Source: Candidatus Eiseniibacteriota bacterium (GTDB lineage Bacteria > Eisenbacteria > RBG-16-71-46 > JABDJR01 > JAWXBZ01). Taken from it: DNA of 13,470 bases. The DNA lies in the NCBI GenBank assembly GCA_034440375.1, contig JAWXBZ010000221.1, positions 1 to 13,470 on the forward strand, written 5' to 3'. This document shows positions 7,842 to 13,470 of the stretch, in pieces. Numbering within the stretch: position 1 is the first letter of the stretch; each line of letters opens with the position of its first letter. The position numbers were made by a program, and so were the translations under genes. The notes under the pieces are model-generated. The model ran no database searches. It saw nothing but the letters and a program-made list of their open reading frames with translations, and was not told where the DNA came from.

Positions 7842-9227
7842 CTACGGCACCTTCTTCGGAAAGAACCCCGCCGTCCGCTCCGTGGCCAGCCGGATCGCCT
7901 CATCGAGCGTCGTCAGGCCGTGGTAGCAGCGCTCCACTTCTTCTCCCACCTGCCCTTCGATATCGGGCCAGTTTTCCATCACGGGAACGGCGCGGATATG
8001 GGGAATGACATCCAGGAAGACCTGGCTGTGGGCGGGCTTGCTGGTTGGGTCAAGGAAGGCCGGGGAGTTGGCGATGGCCTTGAGTGATGGGACGGTCCGG
8101 CCGCTGGCGGCCAGAATTGACTGCCCCTCGGGGGTGCTGGCGTACTCGATGAAGGTCCAGGCGGCGGCCTTGTTCCGGCTCGACTTCGGCATGAAGAAGG
8201 CATCCGTGTGCAGAATGCCGGCCGGCACCTTGCCCCGCGGCAGGGGTGCCACGTCCCAGTCAAACGACTTGATGGTGCGGTAGATCGGCACGCCGCGACG
8301 GCTGTCGAAGTACATCCCCATCGTGCCGCGCAGGAAGCGGCTCACGCTCGGCTCGGCCTTTTCGGCGAACATGTCGGGCACGATCCGGTGCTTGCGCGAC
8401 AGGTCGATGAACCATTCGATGGCCTCGCGCGTCGCCGGGGCGTTCAGGGTCAGCCGGGTCGGGGCTTCGGGATTGTCGAAAATCTCCCCGCCGTTCTGCC
8501 AGATGAACGGCGCCACCCGGAAAAAGACGGCCTCCGTGCCCAGGCCGTACTGGTCGCTGGCCCCATCGCCGTTGGTGTCTTTGGTGAGCTTCTTGGCCGT
8601 CTGGATGAACTGGTCCCAGGTCCAGTCATCCTTCGGGTACGGAATGCCGGCCTCATCGAACAGGCTCTTGTTGTAATAGACGACGAGACTCGAAATGTTC
8701 TGCGGGATGGCCAGCAATTTTCCCTGCCAGTAGTACGACTGGAGCGCCTCCGGATAAAAATCCCCGGTGCGAACCAGCTTGCTGGCGGCCACGTAGTCGT
8801 CGAGCGGCTCGAACAGCCCTTTGGCAGCGTAGTTGGCGTAGCGGCGGTAGTTGAGCAGAAAAACATCCGCCGGCGTTCCGGCCGCGAAGTCGATGGCCAA
8901 CCGCTGAAGATAGGACAGCTGGTTCGGCGTGTACACAAGTTCAACCTTGATCTCCGGGTGCTTTTGCCCGAAAGCCGTGATCAGGGAGTCGTAGGCCTTC
9001 TTCTCCACCGGGTCGCCCCAGATCATGAAGGAGATGCTGCCGGTCTTTGGGGCGGCCAGCGCGGGATTGGCGCCCAGCGGCGTCATGATGCCGGGCAATG
9101 CGCAGAACGATGGCGCGACGGCGAGGAGCCCCACCGCCAGTCGGAACAGTCGGGTCGGCCAGGGGAAAATTTTGGTCAATTTAAAAATCCTCCGGGAGTC
9201 CTTTTCAGGATGGATCGGCCGATTCAA
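7842..9227 (-). CDS. Carbohydrate ABC transporter (CUT1) extracellular solute-binding protein
   Basis: SBP family 1 motifs: 'F...HPEIKVEL', 'AAGTPADVF', 'GLFEPLDDYV', 'YYNKSLFDEAGIPYPKDDWTWDQF', 'FLRGTMGM', 'FDWDVAPLP', 'AAWTFIEY'. N-terminal signal-like stretch; exact start uncertain. Confidence 0.93.
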   Translation of the reverse strand: MNRPIHPEKDSRRIFKLTKIFPWPTRLFRLAVGLLAVAPSFCALPGIMTPLGANPALAAPKTGSISFMIWGDPVEKKAYDSLITAFGQKHPEIKVELVYTPNQLSYLQRLAIDFAAGTPADVFLLNYRRYANYAAKGLFEPLDDYVAASKLVRTGDFYPEALQSYYWQGKLLAIPQNISSLVVYYNKSLFDEAGIPYPKDDWTWDQFIQTAKKLTKDTNGDGASDQYGLGTEAVFFRVAPFIWQNGGEIFDNPEAPTRLTLNAPATREAIEWFIDLSRKHRIVPDMFAEKAEPSVSRFLRGTMGMYFDSRRGVPIYRTIKSFDWDVAPLPRGKVPAGILHTDAFFMPKSSRNKAAAWTFIEYASTPEGQSILAASGRTVPSLKAIANSPAFLDPTSKPAHSQVFLDVIPHIRAVPVMENWPDIEGQVGEEVERCYHGLTTLDEAIRLATERTAGFFPKKVP

Positions 9228-10083
9228 CCCCGGCCGGTCGTTTCAGGTTCAGGGGCTTGAGCAGCATCTCGTCGGGCCAGAAGTAGCGGTGGGCCATCAG
9301 GAACGCCCCGATGACCGGAACCAGGATGACCACCACGCCGGCCATGATCAGCGGGGCGTCGGTCACATCCATCTGCTGCAGCGAGGAAAGGCCCACCGGC
9401 AGCGTGTAGTTGCCCTGGGATCTCAGGTAGAGCAGCGGCGAAATCAGATCGCTCCAGTAGAAACTGAATGCCAGGACAGCCACGGTGACAATCGTGGGAC
9501 GCGCCAGCGGCATGGCCAGCGCGGACCAGACCCGCCAGTGGCCGGCCCCATCCAGCCGGGCCGCCTCGAAAGTCTCCCGCGGGATGCGGCGAAATGTCCA
9601 GTAGAACAGGAGCACGTAGAACGGATTGGTACCGCCGATGGCCGGCACGATGAGGGCACCGAGGGTGTTCATGAGTCCCAGATGCCGGAAGAGGATGAAA
9701 CGGGTCAGCCAGAGCGCGGTAATCGGCACCAGCATCAGGAAGACGGTACCGAGCACAAACCGTCGCCGCCGCCGGGCGGTCAGATTGGCCATGGCGTAGC
9801 CCGCCCAAGAGGCCGTCACGATCGTCAGCGGCACGGCGATGCCGACGACAAGGAGTGAATTGCCGGCCTGCCGCGCCATCGGCACCAGATCGAAGAGCTG
9901 GCGATAGTTGTCAAAAGCCGGGCTCGTCGGCCACCATGGAATGTTGAGGGATGGCGGCAATCCGGGTGTGCGCAGGGAGAGCACCAACACCCACCAGGCG
10001 GGCAGGAGAAACGCCACGGCCAGCAGGAGCGGCAACGCGTGGCCGACAAGTTTCGGCCCGAACCGGTGGCGCAACTCAGGCAT
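9205..10083 (-). CDS. Carbohydrate ABC transporter permease (MalG/UgpE-like)
   Basis: Multiple TM segments; EAA loop 'IPRETFEAARLDGAGHWRVWSALAMPL'; 'W.D...PLLYL....YTLPVGL'. Likely start is ATG 10083, overlapping the upstream stop (ATGCCTGA). Confidence 0.93.
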   Translation of the reverse strand: MPELRHRFGPKLVGHALPLLLAVAFLLPAWWVLVLSLRTPGLPPSLNIPWWPTSPAFDNYRQLFDLVPMARQAGNSLLVVGIAVPLTIVTASWAGYAMANLTARRRRRFVLGTVFLMLVPITALWLTRFILFRHLGLMNTLGALIVPAIGGTNPFYVLLFYWTFRRIPRETFEAARLDGAGHWRVWSALAMPLARPTIVTVAVLAFSFYWSDLISPLLYLRSQGNYTLPVGLSSLQQMDVTDAPLIMAGVVVILVPVIGAFLMAHRYFWPDEMLLKPLNLKRPAGVESADPS

Positions 10084-10978
10084 CCTCGCCGTACCCCCAG
10101 CCACGGGCCAGACCGGCAACCAGGACGAGGAGCAAGGCCACCGCAGCGAGCAGAAGCAACATGATGGCGGCGGCGTGGCCGAAGCGCAGCCCCTCGAACG
10201 CCTCCTGGTACATCAAGAGAGGCATGAAGAGCGTGGCGTAGTAAGGCCCGCCGCCGGTCATCAAATAAGCCGGCGTGAAGGTGCTCTGGGCGCTCAGAAT
10301 GATGTCGCGCAGCGTCAGGAGCAGGAGCCACGGTGCCAGCATCGGCAGCGTGATATGACGGAACTTGTGCCAGCGGTTGGCACCATCGAGCGAGGCCGAT
10401 TGGTAGTAGTCGTCCGGAATGCCCTGCAGTCCGGTCAGCAGCACGACCAGCCCCTCGCCAATCTGGAAGAGCGACATGATGACGATGGCGAAGAGCGCCG
10501 TCTGACCTTCCGCGAGCCAGGCCGGCTGGGCGAGGCCGAGGGCTTTCAGGGAGATGTTCAGCGGTCCGTACAGCGGATTGAAGATCCAGAGCCAGATGAG
10601 CGCGTAGGCCACGTCCGGTACGACCGTCGGCAGGAAGACCGACATCCGGTAGAAGCCGATCCCCCGTCGGCGTTGCCGCAGGAGGAGGGCCAGCCCGAGT
10701 GCGCCGAGGAGGCGAAGCGGTACGGCCAGCAGGACGAAGACGGCCGAGTTCCGCGCGGCCGTCCAGAAAAGATGATTCTGGAAGACCTCCCCAAAGGTGC
10801 CGAACCCGCGCCAGACAGGGGCCGAAAGGCCGTCCCAGGAGGTGAAGGCGAAGGCCAGTGCGGTAAGGGCGGGCAGGAGGACCAGAAGGGTCATGCCGAC
10901 CACACCCGGCGCCATCATGGCAGCCAGGGAGACGCTGTCCCGTGTTCGGTATCCGGCGATCCTCGATTTGTGGGACAT
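10076..10978 (-). CDS. Carbohydrate ABC transporter permease (MalF/UgpA-like)
   Basis: Multiple TM segments; 'FYRMSVFLPTVVP', 'W.WIFNPLYGPLN'; EAA-type loop 'LQGIPDDYYQSASLDGANRWHKFRHITLPML'; 'MTGGGP'. Confidence 0.93.
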   Translation of the reverse strand: MSHKSRIAGYRTRDSVSLAAMMAPGVVGMTLLVLLPALTALAFAFTSWDGLSAPVWRGFGTFGEVFQNHLFWTAARNSAVFVLLAVPLRLLGALGLALLLRQRRRGIGFYRMSVFLPTVVPDVAYALIWLWIFNPLYGPLNISLKALGLAQPAWLAEGQTALFAIVIMSLFQIGEGLVVLLTGLQGIPDDYYQSASLDGANRWHKFRHITLPMLAPWLLLLTLRDIILSAQSTFTPAYLMTGGGPYYATLFMPLLMYQEAFEGLRFGHAAAIMLLLLAAVALLLVLVAGLARGWGYGEDA

Positions 10979-11038
10979 GGCCTAATCCTATACTGGTTCG
11001 GGGATGACCGAGCTTCGGGCGGAGGTTAAGATCCTCCA

Positions 11039-12574
11039 ATGACCGGCTACGACAACATCCTGAATCTTCTCATTCTCTATGACACGGCCCGGGGGTTCCT
11101 GCCGCTCCGGGAGGCACCGGACGTCATCCATCACGGCATCCTGTCCTTTTCGGGGGCCACCGGCACCCGCCGCGTGGAGTACCTGGCTCACGACGGGGCG
11201 GGTCGGTTCACGGCCGTCCCGGCCCGTGGCGCCCGCCCGGCCAGGCCGGTCACCTGTCAGGTGGCCACGGAAACGTTGGCTCTCTTTCGACAGGATCCGG
11301 GCCCGCTGAAGATGGCAGCCCTCGGCCCGGGCGAGCCGGCGCTGGAGGAGGCGGCCGAGCGGCTCAGCCTCACGCTGATCATTCCGGTGGCCGACGAGTA
11401 CGCGCTTCATGGCCTCATCGGCATCGGCGACAAGCTTTTCGGCGATATTTACACCGATACCGAACTCTCATTGATGCACGAGATCGCTTCGCTCCTGGCC
11501 GCCGCCCTCTATCGTCAGATCCGTCCCACCGCCGAGCGACTGGCGCCCGGCACCGGCGCGTCGCTCGACGCGATGCGTCGCGAGCACCCGCCGCTGGCTC
11601 GAATAGCCGGCCGAAGTTCCGCCATCCGGGTCATCATGGAGGAGATTCTCACGCTGGCCGATTTCGATCTCCCGGTCCTCATCACCGGCGAAACCGGCAC
11701 GGGCAAGGAGCTGGTGGCGCGGGCACTCCACGAGATCGGCCCCCGCGCGGCGGGTCCGTTCGAGGCGGTTAATTGCGCCGCGATACCGCGGGAACTGGTG
11801 TCCAGCCACCTGTTCGGCCACGAGAAGGGGGCGTTCACCGGTGCCATCGCCGAGGCGAAGGGCGCCTTCGAACGGGCCGGGGAGGGAACGCTGTTCCTTG
11901 ACGAAATCGGCGACATGCCGATGGAAGTCCAGGCCAGCCTGCTCCGCGTCCTCCAGGAAAGACGCTTTTCGCGCGTGGGCGGCGAACGGTCGATGCCGGC
12001 CAGAGCCCGCATACTCAGCGCCACGAACCAGAATCTCGAGGAGGCCGTCGCCGCCGGTACCTTTCGGGCCGACCTCTTCTATCGGATTCAGATGTACTCG
12101 CTTCGGCTCCCCCCCCTTCGCGAGCGGCGGGAGGACATTCCGCTGCTCGTCGAGCACATCCTCGGGGATGTCCGCCGCGTCAGGGGGAGCGCACCCCGCG
12201 CCGGAGTCGCGTTTCTCGATGCGCTGGCCGGACAGCGGCTCCGGGGCAACGTGCGCGAACTCGAGGGGCTGGTCCTCTCGGCCATCGTGCGAGCGGTCGG
12301 CGGCGACACGCTCGAGGCCGCCCACCTGATGCCGGAGCTATCCCGACCCGGGACATCGGGCCAGATCGCCACGGCGGCGACCGCCGGCACCTCCCAGGCG
12401 GGAGAGACGCCGCCTCCAGGTGTCATCCCCTACGAGGAAATGGAACGTGAATATGTCCGCTCCGTCCTCCGGGTCACTGAAGGAAACAAGAAACAGGCGG
12501 CAGCACTCATGGGCATCCCCCGGACAACCCTCAACGACCGGATGAAAAAACTGGGCCTCGACGCCACCTCCTGA
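11039..12574 (+). CDS. Sigma54-dependent transcriptional activator (bEBP, NtrC/Fis family) with a non-REC, GAF-like N-terminal sensor region
   Basis: Walker A GETGTGKE; NCAAIP; intact GAFTGA (11828-11845); Walker B TLFLDEIG; 'FRADLFYR'; 'GNVRELE'; C-terminal Fis-type HTH 'GNKKQAAALMGIPRTTLNDRMKKLG'. No receiver Asp motifs in the N-terminus. Confidence 0.95.
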   Translation: MTGYDNILNLLILYDTARGFLPLREAPDVIHHGILSFSGATGTRRVEYLAHDGAGRFTAVPARGARPARPVTCQVATETLALFRQDPGPLKMAALGPGEPALEEAAERLSLTLIIPVADEYALHGLIGIGDKLFGDIYTDTELSLMHEIASLLAAALYRQIRPTAERLAPGTGASLDAMRREHPPLARIAGRSSAIRVIMEEILTLADFDLPVLITGETGTGKELVARALHEIGPRAAGPFEAVNCAAIPRELVSSHLFGHEKGAFTGAIAEAKGAFERAGEGTLFLDEIGDMPMEVQASLLRVLQERRFSRVGGERSMPARARILSATNQNLEEAVAAGTFRADLFYRIQMYSLRLPPLRERREDIPLLVEHILGDVRRVRGSAPRAGVAFLDALAGQRLRGNVRELEGLVLSAIVRAVGGDTLEAAHLMPELSRPGTSGQIATAATAGTSQAGETPPPGVIPYEEMEREYVRSVLRVTEGNKKQAAALMGIPRTTLNDRMKKLGLDATS

Positions 12575-12579
12575 CGGCC

Positions 12580-12633
12580 GGCCGTCCCGATTCGACACGG
12601 TTCTCCGACTATGGCGGTGGGCCGTCCTGATTC
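12580..12633 (+). promoter_or_regulatory. Candidate upstream activator sequences (tandem 14-bp direct repeat) for the sigma54 promoter
   Basis: GGCCGTCCCGATTC (12580-12593) and GGCCGTCCTGATTC (12620-12633) are 13/14 identical and start 40 bp apart, about 110-165 bp upstream of the predicted start site. Confidence 0.55.
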
Positions 12634-12671
12634 AAGGGGCAGCAAAATCCACGCAGAAATCCTATAATTTG

Positions 12672-12691
12672 TGTAATTTCAATTGATTACA
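12672..12691. promoter_or_regulatory. AT-rich inverted repeat between UAS and promoter (candidate bending-protein/IHF-like or repressor site)
   Basis: TGTAAT-TTCAATTG-ATTACA has perfect 6-bp arms and lies in the most AT-rich patch of the window. It contains an IHF-like AATCAA on the minus strand but does not match the full IHF consensus. Confidence 0.45.
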
Positions 12692-12716
12692 GGCATAATG
12701 TCAGATGCAGCACTTT

Positions 12717-12731
12717 TGGCATCGCGCTTGC
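12717..12731 (+). promoter_or_regulatory. Sigma54 (RpoN) -24/-12 promoter
   Basis: TGGCATCGCGCTTGC matches TGGCAC-N5-TTGC with one mismatch and has exact GG-N10-GC spacing (GG 12718-19, GC 12730-31). It lies directly downstream of a bEBP gene and upstream of a co-oriented CDS. Confidence 0.88.
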
Positions 12732-12786
12732 GAAAGGGATCCTTCGTCCGCCAATTGATCTCAATCGTTTGCTTCAGGGGGCTCCG

Positions 12787-13404
12787 GTGAATTCCAGGAT
12801 CGGTCGTGAATGGATGATGGTCGCGGCCACCGTCGCGTTGGTAACTGTCTCAATCGTTGCCTCCCGCCCGGCCGTGGCCGGCGGTTGCCAGGACTCCGGC
12901 GCTCAATCGATTGCCTTCGAGTCACTGGAGCACTATCGGAACGGCCCCTACCGGGCCGGTACCGTCCTGATGGCGAATAGCGCAAACGATTGGAACGCCG
13001 CCACCGAAAAGCTGGCCATCGAAGAGGCGCTGAGCCTCTACCCGGTTGATACCCCAAATGTTAAGTGGGGCGAGCAGTCGGTCATCATGGTCGCCATGGG
13101 CGAGTGCCCAAGCCTTGGTTACAACGTCATCATTGAGAGTGTCTGGAAGGAAACCGACCGAATCGTCGTCGGCGTCCGTTATGTCCACCCAGGCGAGGGC
13201 TCGCAGCTTTCGGCCTTGTCATCTCCCTATCACATGATCTGCATCGATGCCGTCGGCATCGACAAGATCGAAATCTGCGAGACCAGCGCGGCCGCCGCCC
13301 GCATCGAGCGCCGCCTCTCCCCGCCCGGCAATTTCAATCCCGAAAATTCGGCCAGCACCTCCACGACCTGGAGCGATCTGAAGTCCCGCATCGCAACCCA
13401 GTAG
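12787..13404 (+). CDS. Secreted PrcB C-terminal-domain-like protein with C-terminal TWxxLK tail
   Basis: Likely GTG start at 12787 with AGGGGG SD (12776-12781). Signal peptide ends RPAVA. 'VIMVAMGECPSLGYNVIIESV...IVVGVRYVHPG...LSALSSPYHMICI' fits the PrcB_C pattern (G..pt.GY.i.i..v...V....P......t.Py..v.i). Ends STSTTWSDLKSRIATQ. Confidence 0.8.
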   Translation: MNSRIGREWMMVAATVALVTVSIVASRPAVAGGCQDSGAQSIAFESLEHYRNGPYRAGTVLMANSANDWNAATEKLAIEEALSLYPVDTPNVKWGEQSVIMVAMGECPSLGYNVIIESVWKETDRIVVGVRYVHPGEGSQLSALSSPYHMICIDAVGIDKIEICETSAAAARIERRLSPPGNFNPENSASTSTTWSDLKSRIATQ

Positions 13405-13470
13405 CTCCGGCTCCAACCTTCTGCGGCGGTCCCGGTCACCCCAAGGTTCGTGTTCCGGAGATCTTGGATA

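Noticed and set aside
8208-11039. Long alternative-frame ORFs (8208-9260 +, 9025-9858 +, 9908-11029 +, 9825-11039 -)
   Set aside because: They are shadows of well-supported ABC genes in GC-rich DNA, with Arg/Gly/Pro-rich translations and no recognisable motifs.
12759-12864. Recurring TCAATCGTT (near 4722, 12761 and 12850)
   Set aside because: One copy is inside coding sequence and positions relative to starts are inconsistent, so it is probably chance.
13405-13470. Possible terminator after the last gene (CTCCGG...CCGGAG)
   Set aside because: The arms are far apart, there is no U-tract, and the window ends before the context can be judged.

Overview
GC-rich bacterial window with no rRNA, tRNA, CRISPR or mobile element that I can see. 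Gene content suggests an FCB-associated lineage such as Ca. Eisenbacteria, Krumholzibacteriota or Latescibacterota; this is an inference from a T9SS/FlgD-like tail, 'TWxxI/LK' tails and a Ser/Thr kinase-TolB gene. Left to right: 3' end of an ABC_sub_bind-like protein coupled to a HAMP hybrid histidine kinase; a secreted beta-lactamase-family serine hydrolase; three secreted proteins (one with a T9SS/FlgD-type C-terminal domain, a beta-propeller, and an unknown protein); an internally deleted Ser/Thr kinase-TolB pseudogene; a CUT1 sugar ABC operon lacking an ATPase; a sigma54 enhancer-binding protein; and a sigma54 promoter (exact GG-N10-GC, with candidate enhancer repeats) driving a secreted PrcB-C-like protein. 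The main signal is that three unrelated signal-peptide proteins end in the same short motif, [S/T]-T-W-[S/G]-x-[I/L]-K-x(4-6)-stop. This looks like a C-terminal protein-sorting tag, and one tagged gene appears to be under sigma54 control.
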